The notes: a model not told the origin generated them from the letters alone. A stretch of DNA of 49,402 nt from an uncultured Flavobacteriales bacterium (GCA_913057875.1 CAJXPI010000001.1:1-49402), one strand, 5' to 3'; counted from the stretch's first letter, positions 1 to 10,171 are shown. A program made the numbers and translations.

Positions 1-30
1 TCGGCAGCGTCAGATGTGTATAAGAGACAG
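1..30 (+). other. Nextera/Tn5 sequencing adapter (artefact)
   Basis: TCGGCAGCGTC followed by the 19-bp mosaic end AGATGTGTATAAGAGACAG matches the Nextera read-1 transposase adapter. Confidence 0.98.
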
Positions 31-441
31 GTTTTCCATTTTCATGGCTTCCAGTACTAAAACAGGATCACCTTTTTTGATTTCATCACCTTCCTTAACC
101 AAGATGTCTAAAACTAAACCTGGCATTGGCGATTTAATTTCGCTAATTTTCTTAACGGCCATGTTTTCCATACCTAAATCCTTCAATAACTGATCAAATT
201 GATCTTGGATTTTTAAGGTGTACTTTCTTCCATTAATTCTAATGGTGGCTAATTTGTTGTCGGTATCTAAATGGGCAATTTCAACACGGTTTTCAACTCC
301 ATCTTTTTTTACCACCCAAGACGTGGCATCTTTCTGAGCCATATCCATTTCATAAGCATTTCCATTAACGGTTCCTGCGTGGTTTTGACCATTTTCCGGA
401 ACAACGTCATAGTTGTTGGTGTTGATTGTAATGTTATACAT
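31..441 (-). CDS. Biotin carboxyl carrier protein (acyl-CoA carboxylase subunit), 3' end truncated by the contig edge
   Basis: Biotinyl domain motifs SPMPG and EAMKMEN. The terminal LSLIHI in the ORF track is translated adapter. Confidence 0.9.
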
Positions 442-460
442 ACCGTAAAAATTTAAGTCC

Positions 461-468
461 CAAAAGTA
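461..468 (-). promoter_or_regulatory. Putative Bacteroidota sigma70 -7 element
   Basis: TACTTTTG on the minus strand (consensus TAnnTTTG), about 20 bp upstream of the ATG at 441. Confidence 0.5.
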
Positions 469-621
469 ATAATACTACCGTTAATAGGAATGAAAGAACG
501 GAGCAGAAACGTCAAATAATTTCTAATTAATCGGTTTTCCATTTCCTTTCGTAAAACGATTACTTTTCTATCTTGCAAACAAATCTGAATTTTCTAGTTT
601 GGAAGCAAAAAAAAATGAATT

Positions 622-3219
622 ATGAAAAAGCTTTTTGTCCAATTTTCCCTACTGACTTTAATCCTTGCAGGATGTAATTCCAGTAAAGAAAGTTCTGATT
701 ATTTAAGTCAACAAGTAGAGCTGGCAGCCGTTGAGATTTTTGGGCAAACCGAATACCGTGCTTCTCGAACTCGCGAAATTGATATACTACATACCGATTT
801 AAATGTTCGTTTTGATTGGACGCAGCAATACATGTATGGAGAAGCTATCATTACGTTAAAGCCCTATTTCTATACCACTGATATTGTAGTGCTGGATGCT
901 AAAGGACAAGAAATTAAGGAGGTGAGTTTGGTTACCCTAACGGAGCAAAAGCCGTTGAAATATTCGTATGCAAATGATGTTTTATCTATTCAATTAGATC
1001 GCAATTACGCAAAGTCAGAAACCCTGAAAATATTTATTGATTATGTGGCTAAACCCGAAGAACGAAATATTAATAAAGGCTCAGCGGTTTCTGATGATAA
1101 GGGATTGTATTTTATTAATCCTTTAAACGAGGACTTAAATACGCCTCAACAAATTTGGACTCAAGGAGAAACGGAAGCCAATTCTGTTTGGTTTCCTACT
1201 ATAGATTCTCCAAACGAACGTTGTACCCACAAAATTGCGATTACGGTGGATCAAAAATTCACCACTCTATCTAACGGTGATTTGGTAAGTTCTGTAGAGG
1301 GCGGAAAGGGTAAGCGTACCGATATTTGGGTACAAAACAAGCCCATTGCTCCTTACTTGTTTATGATGGCTGTAAGCGAATATGCGGTGGTAAAAGATAG
1401 CCTGAACGGCATGGATGTGAATTATTATGTGGACAAGGATTACGAACCTTATGCACGTGAAATTTTTGAGAATACTACAGAAATGATTTCCTTCTATTCT
1501 GATTTATTGGGGTACGAATATCCATGGAGCAAATACAGTCAAGCAACTGCACATGAGTACGTTTCTGGCGCCATGGAAAATGTAAGTGCGGTGATTTTTG
1601 GTGATTTTGTACAGCAAACTCATCAAGAAATGATTGATGGCAAAAATGAGGATGTGGTTGCTCATGAGCTATTTCATCATTGGTTTGGTGATGTGGTTAC
1701 ATGTGAGTCGTGGTCAAACCTACCTTTAAATGAATCGTTTGCTACCTATGGAGAATACTTGTGGTTTGAGCATAAATACGGCCGAATGCGTGCCGATGAA
1801 GGGTTAGATTATGATTTGCGCTCTTATTTGAGAGAGGCTAAAAGCGGTTCAGTAAACGATTTGATTCGTTTCCATTACAATAAGCCCGATGATATGTTTG
1901 ATAGTCATTCTTATGCAAAGGGAGGGAGAATCTTACATATGCTTAGAAACTACGTGGGAGATGAAGCCTTTTTTGAAGCCTTGAAAATGTATTTGCACGA
2001 CAATGAATATACTTCTGTAGAAATACACCAATTGCGTTTAGCCTTTGAAAAAGTAACCGGTCAAGATTTGAATTGGTTCTTTAACCAGTGGTTTATGGGC
2101 AAGGGCCACCCTGAACTAGACATTACTTATACCTATGACTCCGCACAAGCAATGCAACATATTTATGTGGAGCAGATGCAGGATGTAGATGCGTATTCTT
2201 TATTTAAACTTCCTGTTGATATTGATATTTATGCGGGTGGAACTAAAAAGAGGTATGCGGTAATGGTAGATAGCGTGAGTCAAACCTTCAGCTTTAGAAG
2301 TGATGTTAAACCCGACTTGGTAAACTTTGACTCTCGAAAAATATTGGTGTGTACTAAAGAAGATCATCATACCATGCAAGAAATGACCTTTATGTATGCT
2401 AATGCGCCTTTGTATAAGGATAAACGAGAAGCGGTGCTCTTTGCGGTACAGGCGGAGGATGATTTGGCCGAAGCGAAAGAACTTTTATTAAATGCAATGG
2501 TGGATGATTATTCTGGTATCAGAGAATTGGCCGTTTCTAATTACGAAAAGTTTAATGAGATTGAAGATTTAAAGTTGAAAGCCGTATTAGTTTCCAATTT
2601 GAAAAATGATCCGAGTTCTGGGGTGAGAGCGGAAGCTACGGTAGCGCTTTATGATAAATATTCTTGGGCAGAAGAAATGGTTGGCGTTTTTGAAAGTCAA
2701 ATAAAGGTAGACAGCTCTTACGCAGTAATTAGTGAATTGCTAAAGGGTATTGCCATTTCTGATTCTACAAGGGGAATGACTTACGCAACGAAGTTTCAAG
2801 ATTCCGAAGGATTGGATGTGTTATTTGCGGTGGCTGAAGTTTACTCGGTGTATGGGAGTAGTGATAATTCGGAATTTTTTACGAAACTATATCCTAAGTC
2901 TTCCGGGTATGAAGTGATGGCTTTTATTGATTATTACAAGGAGTTTTTGTTTTTGATAGATGATGTAGAAACGCATAAAAAAGGAATTGCCATTTTTGAA
3001 AAGGAAGCCAATAATCAAATGGCTTGGTTTATTAGATATTACGGAGTGAGTGCCTTGGTTGACTTACGCGATTATTACCAAACCAAATCTTCATATTATT
3101 CAAAAAATGGAAAAACGAAGGAGGTAACACAGTTTGATGAATTAATTTCATCCGTAAATAAAATTTTGACTGATCTAAGGATGAATGAAAGGGATCAAAG
3201 AGTATTTATGCAACGTTAA
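622..3219 (+). CDS. M1-family zinc aminopeptidase, lipoprotein, with helical (HEAT-like) C-terminus
   Basis: GAMEN motif, HELFH followed 18 residues later by E (LNESFA), YAKGG motif, and an N-terminal LAGC lipobox. Confidence 0.95.
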   Translation: MKKLFVQFSLLTLILAGCNSSKESSDYLSQQVELAAVEIFGQTEYRASRTREIDILHTDLNVRFDWTQQYMYGEAIITLKPYFYTTDIVVLDAKGQEIKEVSLVTLTEQKPLKYSYANDVLSIQLDRNYAKSETLKIFIDYVAKPEERNINKGSAVSDDKGLYFINPLNEDLNTPQQIWTQGETEANSVWFPTIDSPNERCTHKIAITVDQKFTTLSNGDLVSSVEGGKGKRTDIWVQNKPIAPYLFMMAVSEYAVVKDSLNGMDVNYYVDKDYEPYAREIFENTTEMISFYSDLLGYEYPWSKYSQATAHEYVSGAMENVSAVIFGDFVQQTHQEMIDGKNEDVVAHELFHHWFGDVVTCESWSNLPLNESFATYGEYLWFEHKYGRMRADEGLDYDLRSYLREAKSGSVNDLIRFHYNKPDDMFDSHSYAKGGRILHMLRNYVGDEAFFEALKMYLHDNEYTSVEIHQLRLAFEKVTGQDLNWFFNQWFMGKGHPELDITYTYDSAQAMQHIYVEQMQDVDAYSLFKLPVDIDIYAGGTKKRYAVMVDSVSQTFSFRSDVKPDLVNFDSRKILVCTKEDHHTMQEMTFMYANAPLYKDKREAVLFAVQAEDDLAEAKELLLNAMVDDYSGIRELAVSNYEKFNEIEDLKLKAVLVSNLKNDPSSGVRAEATVALYDKYSWAEEMVGVFESQIKVDSSYAVISELLKGIAISDSTRGMTYATKFQDSEGLDVLFAVAEVYSVYGSSDNSEFFTKLYPKSSGYEVMAFIDYYKEFLFLIDDVETHKKGIAIFEKEANNQMAWFIRYYGVSALVDLRDYYQTKSSYYSKNGKTKEVTQFDELISSVNKILTDLRMNERDQRVFMQR

Positions 3220-3245
3220 TCCAATAAAAACTAAAACTAAAAAAT

Positions 3246-3749
3246 ATGAAATGGTATCTGAAAGTAGTCAGAGATAACTACGCAAATTTTAAGGGAAGGG
3301 CAACACGTCAAGAATACTGGATGTTTGTGCTTTTTAATTCTATATTCTCCTATTCATTATTGTTTATAGGAACTTCAACTGATTTAGAAATCATAAGTTC
3401 CATCTATTCTTTTGCTGTTCTTTTACCCAGTTTAGGTGTTGCAGTGCGTAGATTGCACGATACGGGCAAAAGTGGATGGTACTACGTGGGGTTTATTGTG
3501 ATAATAATGATCGCTTTAATAGCAGGAGTTGTTGCCGTTATGCGCGAAAATGGTTTTGAAATGAATCCAGAGAATCCGTATGAATTATTTATGCAAAGTG
3601 GAATGTTTCCGTATTTGGCAGTAGTTGCTATTACCGGTCTTCTTTTCTTGTTCGTTATGGTGCAACCCAGTCAAGAGGGGTCCAATCAATTTGGTCCAAA
3701 TCCAAACAATCCAGATCAAGATGAATTAGAAACTCAACTTTACGAATAA
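3246..3749 (+). CDS. DUF805 (YhaH-like) inner-membrane protein
   Basis: Motifs YANFKGRATRQEYW, AVRRLHDTGKSGW and NQFGPNP, plus hydrophobic segments. Confidence 0.9.
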   Translation: MKWYLKVVRDNYANFKGRATRQEYWMFVLFNSIFSYSLLFIGTSTDLEIISSIYSFAVLLPSLGVAVRRLHDTGKSGWYYVGFIVIIMIALIAGVVAVMRENGFEMNPENPYELFMQSGMFPYLAVVAITGLLFLFVMVQPSQEGSNQFGPNPNNPDQDELETQLYE

Positions 3750-3760
3750 AAAAGGAAATT

Positions 3761-4174
3761 ATGAATTGGTATATAGCAGTTTTAAAAAAATATGCCGACT
3801 TTGATGGTCGTGCAAGAAGATCAGAGTTCTGGTGGTTTAATCTTATTAGCACATTGATATATATGGTGCCCTACACCATTTTAGTGGTTACCATGATTGA
3901 TAGCTCAGGAGATATGGATAATGGAACCATTCAGGTATTGTCTTCAATTTTAGGTTTTTATGGGTTGGCTGTTTTCGTCCCAAGTTTAGCCGTGACCGTA
4001 AGAAGATTACATGATACAGGTCGTAGTGGGTGGAATGTTTTATGGAGTATTTTGCCGTTAATAGGGAGTGTTATACTCCTAATTTACTTCTTTACAGATA
4101 GCCAGCCTGGAGCAAATGAATATGGACCGAACCCTAAGAATGAAGGGCAAGAATTTGAGTTATACGAAAACTAA
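3761..4174 (+). CDS. DUF805 (YhaH-like) inner-membrane protein, tandem paralogue
   Basis: Motifs YADFDGRARRSEFW, VTVRRLHDTGRSGW and NEYGPNP. Confidence 0.92.
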   Translation: MNWYIAVLKKYADFDGRARRSEFWWFNLISTLIYMVPYTILVVTMIDSSGDMDNGTIQVLSSILGFYGLAVFVPSLAVTVRRLHDTGRSGWNVLWSILPLIGSVILLIYFFTDSQPGANEYGPNPKNEGQEFELYEN

Positions 4175-4179
4175 TAAAG

Positions 4180-4809
4180 ATGAAAGAGAAGTTGTCCAAA
4201 ATTAAAGTGATTCTTTTTGACTGGGATGGTGTTTTTCATGCGGGTCATAAAGATGAAAACAAAAGCAGCACTTTTAGTGAAGCCGATTCTATGGGTGTAA
4301 ATATGCTTCGCTTTGGATTTTGGTTGCAAAATGGAGCCATGCCAATAACAGCTATTATCTCTGGAGAAAATAATACAACGGCTAAGTATTGGGCGCAACG
4401 TGAACATTTGGATGCCACGTTTTCAAGTGCAAAAAATAAGGTGGAAATTCTGGCTTTCTTGAAGGAAAAACATGATGTGAATCCAGAGGAAATAATGTTT
4501 GTGTACGATGATATCTTAGACCTTTCCTTAGCTAAAGAAGTGGCTCACCGTGTAATGATCAATAGAAAAGCTAATCCGCTGTTTGTAGATTATTGCAGAG
4601 AAAATGGCTACTTCGATTTCTTGACGCAAAATGATGGCGGAAATCATGGGGTTAGAGAAGCATGTGAGCTAACTTTAGATGCAATGGGACGCTTTGAAGA
4701 AACCATTGAAAAGCGGGTCGCTTTTTCTGGAGAGTATTCTATCTACAATCAAGAAAGATTAAGTCTTCCCACCAAACATTTTGTCTCCAAAGACGGTAGT
4801 TTTGAATAG
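4180..4809 (+). CDS. HAD-superfamily phosphatase, KdsC/YrbI-like
   Basis: Motif I FDWDGV, motif II AIISG, motif IV DDILDL, and the C-terminal GGNHGVRE typical of KdsC-like proteins. Substrate not established. Confidence 0.8.
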   Translation: MKEKLSKIKVILFDWDGVFHAGHKDENKSSTFSEADSMGVNMLRFGFWLQNGAMPITAIISGENNTTAKYWAQREHLDATFSSAKNKVEILAFLKEKHDVNPEEIMFVYDDILDLSLAKEVAHRVMINRKANPLFVDYCRENGYFDFLTQNDGGNHGVREACELTLDAMGRFEETIEKRVAFSGEYSIYNQERLSLPTKHFVSKDGSFE

Positions 4810-4823
4810 AAAAAATTAAGCAT

Positions 4824-4855
4824 AAAAAAAGGCGAAGAGAAATCTTCGCCTTTTT
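4824..4855. terminator. Bidirectional intrinsic terminator
   Basis: A7-GGCGAAGA-gaaa-TCTTCGCC-T5 between convergent genes. Confidence 0.9.
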
Positions 4856-4868
4856 AGTTTTTCATGGT

Positions 4869-5858
4869 TTACATAAAGTTTTGTTCCTTCATCCACTCGT
4901 CATTAAAGACTTTAGCCACGTATCTTGAACCGTGATCATGAAATAACACAACCACAACGTCATCTTCGGTTAATTCATTTTTTAACTGTCTAATGGCTCC
5001 AAAAGCAGAGCCTGCAGAATAACCTAAAAATAATCCTTCTTTTAACGCCAGCTCACGTGCAATTAATGCCGCATCTTTATCTGTTACTTTTTCAAAATGG
5101 TCAATTAATCCAAAATCAACATTTTTAGGAAGAATGTCCTCACCAATTCCTTCGGTTAGATAAGAATGAATTTCATTTTCATCAAACTCACCTGTTTCTA
5201 GATATTTTTTGAATACCGACCCATAAGAATCAACTCCCCAAACTTTCACATTTGGATTTTTTTCTTTCAAGTATTTACCTACTCCAGAAATTGTACCTCC
5301 TGTACCTACACCCACCACAAAATGTGTGATTTTCCCTTCCGTTTGTTCCCAAATTTCTGGTCCAGTAGACTCATAATGGGCCTGGCGGTTAGAAAGGTTA
5401 TCATACTGATTTAACCATACCGAGTTTTCAATTTCTTTATGTTTTTTTTCTGCTACGGAATAGTACGAATCTGGATGATCTGGAGCTACAGCCGTTGGAC
5501 AAACAATAACTTCAGCACCTAAGGCACGCAATACGTCTACCTTTTCTTTACTCTGTTTGTCGTTAGTAGTAAAAATACACTTGTAACCTTTGGTAATGGC
5601 GGCCAAGGCAATACCCATTCCGGTGTTACCCGATGTACATTCAATAATAGTTCCGCCTGGTTTAAGAGAACCATTAGCTTCGGCATCTTCTACCATTTTT
5701 AAACCCATTCTATCTTTAACCGAATTTCCTGGGTTAAAGTATTCCACCTTGGCTAAAATGGTTCCTGGAATGTCTTCTGCAATTTTATTTAAGCGAACCA
5801 TTGGCGTGTCCCCAATTGTTCCTAGTATGTTATCGTAAACTTTATTTTTTGGTGTCAT
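4869..5858 (-). CDS. PLP-dependent cysteine synthase / cystathionine beta-synthase family enzyme (no CBS domains)
   Basis: NPGNSVKDR (PLP lysine), TSGNTG, GVGTGGT and EGIG motifs. Confidence 0.93.
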   Translation of the reverse strand: MTPKNKVYDNILGTIGDTPMVRLNKIAEDIPGTILAKVEYFNPGNSVKDRMGLKMVEDAEANGSLKPGGTIIECTSGNTGMGIALAAITKGYKCIFTTNDKQSKEKVDVLRALGAEVIVCPTAVAPDHPDSYYSVAEKKHKEIENSVWLNQYDNLSNRQAHYESTGPEIWEQTEGKITHFVVGVGTGGTISGVGKYLKEKNPNVKVWGVDSYGSVFKKYLETGEFDENEIHSYLTEGIGEDILPKNVDFGLIDHFEKVTDKDAALIARELALKEGLFLGYSAGSAFGAIRQLKNELTEDDVVVVLFHDHGSRYVAKVFNDEWMKEQNFM

Positions 5859-5881
5859 GCTATTTAAAATAGGAATGAATA

Positions 5882-6199
5882 TTATTTGTCTTGTTTGGGG
5901 AGATATTTCATCTCAAACATAAAGGTAGTGAATGGAAGTAGAGAAGCTACAAAACCAATTACCAAAGTTTTAAAACTCCATTTTAATTGAAGGCCAACAA
6001 TTAATAACCAAATACAATAGGCTACAAATAAAATACCGTGAGCCATTCCCACAGGTCTTGTAGGTCCTGGAATATCCCAGATATATTTAAGTGGCATACA
6101 AATACCTAAAAGAGCAATGTAACTTATACCTTCTAAGATCGCGAGGTATTTAAAAATGGTGATATGATTCATGAATCTCTTTTGAAAATTGAGGTGCAA
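5882..6199 (-). CDS. DUF3817-like small membrane protein (start may be the ATG at 6172)
   Basis: Motifs AILEGISY, GMAHGILF and ASLLPF, with three hydrophobic segments. Confidence 0.8.
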   Translation of the reverse strand: MHLNFQKRFMNHITIFKYLAILEGISYIALLGICMPLKYIWDIPGPTRPVGMAHGILFVAYCIWLLIVGLQLKWSFKTLVIGFVASLLPFTTFMFEMKYLPKQDK

Positions 6200-6253
6200 A
6201 TAGAAGGTATTTTTCTATTGTAACGTTCAAATTCACGTAATATTTATGTCAAT

Positions 6254-7507
6254 TTAATCAAGGTTAATAGCCTCAACCGTTTTGATTCGAGTAACGATAT
6301 AAGTAGGTCCGATTAACATGATAACACAGAGAATTAATGTAAAAACGTTTAACGAAATCAAATTAGCAATATCTATGTTAATCGGAATATGCGTGATGTA
6401 ATACGTTTCCGGTTCTAGCGTGAATATTTTAAAATATTTCTGCGCTAGTGCAATCCCTAATCCTATCAAATTTCCCCAAAACAATCCTACGGCCATTAAG
6501 TAAGTAGCTATATACAGAAATATTTTTCTAATACTGGAATTGGTAGCCCCCATCGTTTTAAGAATGCCAATCATTCGAGTACGATCTAAAATCATAATTA
6601 ATAGGGCAGAGGCCATGTTAATTCCGGATACGAAAATCATCAAACCAATAATGATGGTAACATTGATATCTTGTAAATCTAACCAGCCAAATAGGTTTTG
6701 ATTCTTAGTAACAATAGTAGTGGTTTTGTACTCGAAGGGAATATGATGAAAAATGAAATCATCAATTTCATCTAAGTCACTATAATGCTTTAGATTGACT
6801 TCAAACCCACCTACTTGTTCTTCGTTCCAGCCATTTAACCGTTGAATATGACGAATATCGCCAATCACAAACAAATCATCAAAACCTTCTAAGCTGGTTT
6901 CATAAATTCCAGTAATGTAAAACTTACGCGGACGAGGTTGATGGTTACGTAAGAAGTAAACAATGAAGTTATCGCCTACCTTTAAGTTCATTTTATTGGC
7001 AATTTTCTGTGAAAGCACAACATCATTCGATTTCTTTTCGGAATCAAAGTGTAGCGTATCACCTGAAATCATAAAGTCTTTAAAGAAGGTCCAATCAAAA
7101 TCGTTGTCAATTCCTTTTAGAACAATACCTAAAATCTCTTCATCTGTTTTTAAAATACCAGCCTTGTTGGCATAAACCTGAATGTTGCTAACTTTTTCAA
7201 GGGTGTCTAGTTCGGGGTAAAACTCTTGATCCGTAGAAATGGGAACCACTTCAAACCCATCTGTACTTTGAAAATTGGAAATGGTGATATGTCCTCCAAA
7301 ACCAATAATTTTTTCTCGAATTTCTTTTTGAAATCCAGTAACGATAGAAACAGACAGAATCATAACCGAAACAGAAATGGCAATTCCAGCCAATGCAATA
7401 TTGATAATGGGGCGAATATTATTGCGTCCACTATTCTTGGAAGATTTTCCGCGAATTAGTTTTAAAGCTGTAAAAAGTTCGAAATTCAAATGCTGTATTT
7501 TACTCAC
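6254..7507 (-). CDS. LolC/E (FtsX/MacB-type) ABC transporter permease
   Basis: N-terminal TM helix, then SIVTGFQKEIREKIIGFGGH, a large periplasmic domain, IGILKTMGAT and three C-terminal TM helices. GTG start. Confidence 0.9.
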   Translation of the reverse strand: MSKIQHLNFELFTALKLIRGKSSKNSGRNNIRPIINIALAGIAISVSVMILSVSIVTGFQKEIREKIIGFGGHITISNFQSTDGFEVVPISTDQEFYPELDTLEKVSNIQVYANKAGILKTDEEILGIVLKGIDNDFDWTFFKDFMISGDTLHFDSEKKSNDVVLSQKIANKMNLKVGDNFIVYFLRNHQPRPRKFYITGIYETSLEGFDDLFVIGDIRHIQRLNGWNEEQVGGFEVNLKHYSDLDEIDDFIFHHIPFEYKTTTIVTKNQNLFGWLDLQDINVTIIIGLMIFVSGINMASALLIMILDRTRMIGILKTMGATNSSIRKIFLYIATYLMAVGLFWGNLIGLGIALAQKYFKIFTLEPETYYITHIPINIDIANLISLNVFTLILCVIMLIGPTYIVTRIKTVEAINLD

Positions 7508-7636
7508 GCAATATTAAAGTATTCAACTCGAAACCCTTCGAAATATTTCATGCACAATGTAATTGTGAAAATTGGTACAACATATGTTTAGTATCACCAC
7601 GAAAACCGTTTACTTTGTATACTGAAAATTGATCAC

Positions 7637-8845
7637 TTGAAGAGTATTATTCTCCTTATCTTATGTTTAAGTTTTATGCCGTTGGCGCATATGGCACAAG
7701 TGCCATTTGATTCGTCTTTGGTAAAATCGGCCGATGAAGTATTGGTAGGGGCCGAGCGTGCGTCCTTGTACCTAGATAAATTGCAAGGTAAGAACGTAGC
7801 CCTGGTTGTAAATCCTACAAGTGAAGTTTTTGGAAAGCATTTAGTTGATTTTTTAATTTCTAAAAATGTTTCCATTAAAAAGGTTTTTGCTCCAGAACAT
7901 GGTTTTAGAGGAACTGCCGATGCAGGTGAAAGAATTAAAGATGCTATTGATCCGAAAACAGGAATTCCTTTAAAAAGTTTATACGGAAAAAACAAAAAGC
8001 CTTCTGCGCAAGATTTAGCTGGAATTGATATGGTTATTTTTGATATTCAAGATGTGGGCGTACGTTTCTATACCTATATATCTACCATGCATTATGTAAT
8101 GCAGGCTTGTGCCGAGAGTAATGTTGATTTTATGGTACTGGATCGTCCTAACCCCAATGGCTTTTATGTAGCAGGTCCTGTACTGGAAATGGAGCAACAA
8201 TCATTTGTTGGAATGCATCCCGTACCCATTGTACATGGATTAACGGTAGGTGAGTTTGCCACTATGGTAAATGAAGAAGGTTGGTTAGGAAACGACTTGA
8301 AATGTAATTTACAAGTGGTTTTACTTACAGGATGGACACATAAAGATTTGTATCAATTACCTGTAAAACCATCGCCTAATTTACCCAATATGACTTCGGT
8401 GTATTGGTATCCTACCTTAGGATTATTTGAAGGTACCAATGTGAATGCGGGTAGAGGAACAGATTTTCCGTTTCAAACCTTTGGGTCTCCCTATATTAAA
8501 AATGCTCCGTTTTCCTATATTCCTGTAAATAAACCTGGAGCCAAATACCCTAAGCATAAAAATAAAAAGTGCTATGGCATGGATTTGAGAAGTTTCAACC
8601 TGGATTCTTTCTGTGTGGAGCCCAATATTCAAATCGGCTACGTGCTTTGGGCTTACCAGAACACCTCAAATAAGAATGAGTTCTTTTTAAAGAATCATTT
8701 TTATGGGAGGTTAGCAGGTACGACAAATCTTCAAAACCAAATTGAATTGGGGTTTTCCGTTTCTAGAATTCAAAACCATTGGACTGCAGAATTAGAAAAG
8801 TATTTGACTATTCGTAAGAAGTACTTGTTGTACAAAGACTTTTAA
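7637..8845 (+). CDS. namZ: Exo-beta-N-acetylmuramidase NamZ / DUF1343 (YbbC) family
   Basis: Signal peptide plus FAPEHGFRG, FDIQDVGVRFYTYIST, VLDRPNP, PSPNLP and GRGTDFPF motifs. Confidence 0.88.
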   Translation: MKSIILLILCLSFMPLAHMAQVPFDSSLVKSADEVLVGAERASLYLDKLQGKNVALVVNPTSEVFGKHLVDFLISKNVSIKKVFAPEHGFRGTADAGERIKDAIDPKTGIPLKSLYGKNKKPSAQDLAGIDMVIFDIQDVGVRFYTYISTMHYVMQACAESNVDFMVLDRPNPNGFYVAGPVLEMEQQSFVGMHPVPIVHGLTVGEFATMVNEEGWLGNDLKCNLQVVLLTGWTHKDLYQLPVKPSPNLPNMTSVYWYPTLGLFEGTNVNAGRGTDFPFQTFGSPYIKNAPFSYIPVNKPGAKYPKHKNKKCYGMDLRSFNLDSFCVEPNIQIGYVLWAYQNTSNKNEFFLKNHFYGRLAGTTNLQNQIELGFSVSRIQNHWTAELEKYLTIRKKYLLYKDF

Positions 8846-8912
8846 CCTCCCTATTTCATCTGATTTCTAAAACTCCCTACTTTTAGGTATTTCAAAATCT
8901 AAGAAGCGAAAT

Positions 8913-8948
8913 TAGCTTTGCATCGTTATTTAAAATGAATCTAAATAA
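8913..8948 (+). promoter_or_regulatory. -7 promoter element followed by an AT-rich palindromic operator (Fur-box-like)
   Basis: TAGCTTTG at 8913-8920, then TTATTTA-AAATGAATC-TAAATAA at 8926-8948, ending 2 bp before the ATG of an iron-uptake-type operon. Confidence 0.65.
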
Positions 8949-8950
8949 AG

Positions 8951-10084
8951 ATGAAAAAACATACATTATTTCTATTGGGAGCAGTTGTATTTGCTTCTTC
9001 TTGTACTAAAGACGAACCAACTCCAGAGGATACTAAACCTACACAACCAGCTACTTATAGTTTTACCAATGTAGACTATTCCGGGCAAACGGCTCGTTTA
9101 GATATGTTAGCTGAGTTAACAGCTGAAATGAAAAAACCAAATACAGGAGTAGCAGCAGATGAAGCTGTAATGCTAAACATGTTTGCGAATGAAAATAGCC
9201 CATTTGCGGATGGCACACTAAATTCATCAACCAAGCAGTTAAAAAGCAAATGTTACGATGGCGGAGGAAGCCCAATGACGGTTTCCTCATTTGAATACTA
9301 CATGACTCGTTTAGCATCTTTAAGTAACGCAGGTATGGGGGCTTGGGCGCCAGGTACTGCAGGGATTGCCACTTCAGGTACGAAAGCTTATTTCTTTGAT
9401 GAAAATGGTGTAGAGTATACTCAAATTATTGAAAAAGGATTAATGGGAGCAGTATTCTATTACCAAATTGCTGAGACTTATACTAGAGATGGTAAAATTG
9501 GTGATGCAGTAGATAATGAAACAGTGACTGATGGTAAGGGAACCGATATGGAGCATCACTGGGATGAGGCTTTTGGCTACTTTGGAGGAACGGTTGATTT
9601 AACGGAAGCAAATTACGCTGATCAGTCATTGAGATATCACGCCAAGTATGCCAAGAAAGGTTCGGATGCAGGATTAGAAACGGTAGGTAACGTGATGTAC
9701 CAATTTATTAAAGGTCGGTACTCAATTTCTAATAAAAACTATACGGATCGTGATGCAGCCGCTGAACAATTAAGAAAGGACTATGAGTTGATTATGGCAA
9801 CTACTGCTATTCATTACATTAACGGTAGTATTGCTGATTTTGGTGATGATGCTCTTAGAAATCACCAAATTTCGGAAGCATATGCATTTGTTGTTTCGTT
9901 ACACTATAACGCTGATAAATCCATTTCGGATACGGATTTAGAAGAAGTGAAAGATTTTTTCAGAGTAGATATGGGGGGGCATAAAATTCCAAATTTCTTG
10001 AATGTTACCGTAGCTACGTTAAATCAAGCAAAAGACAAATTGAGTACAGTTTACGGACTGGATGCAGTGAAGGATACGATATAA
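8951..10084 (+). CDS. DUF4856-like lipoprotein (iron-uptake associated)
   Basis: Lipobox ASSC, VDYSGQTARL, QIIEKGLMGA and EHHWDEAFGYFG motifs. Lies upstream of imelysin and a TonB receptor. Confidence 0.75.
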   Translation: MKKHTLFLLGAVVFASSCTKDEPTPEDTKPTQPATYSFTNVDYSGQTARLDMLAELTAEMKKPNTGVAADEAVMLNMFANENSPFADGTLNSSTKQLKSKCYDGGGSPMTVSSFEYYMTRLASLSNAGMGAWAPGTAGIATSGTKAYFFDENGVEYTQIIEKGLMGAVFYYQIAETYTRDGKIGDAVDNETVTDGKGTDMEHHWDEAFGYFGGTVDLTEANYADQSLRYHAKYAKKGSDAGLETVGNVMYQFIKGRYSISNKNYTDRDAAAEQLRKDYELIMATTAIHYINGSIADFGDDALRNHQISEAYAFVVSLHYNADKSISDTDLEEVKDFFRVDMGGHKIPNFLNVTVATLNQAKDKLSTVYGLDAVKDTI

Positions 10085-10107
10085 TTATTTGTTTATAAAC
10101 TAAAGTA

Positions 10108-10137
10108 GGTCAGGTAAGGTTAATTCCTTGCCTGACC
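10108..10137 (+). terminator. Intra-operon stem-loop (partial terminator or mRNA stabiliser)
   Basis: GGTCAGGTAAGG-ttaatt-CCTTGCCTGACC (one G-U pair), followed by GTTTTGGTTT. Confidence 0.6.
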
Positions 10138-10171
10138 GTTTTGGTTTAAAAAAGTGAACCATAAAGAGGAT

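Noticed and set aside
271-456. 61-aa plus-strand ORF
   Set aside because: Antisense shadow of the biotin carrier gene, with no motif.
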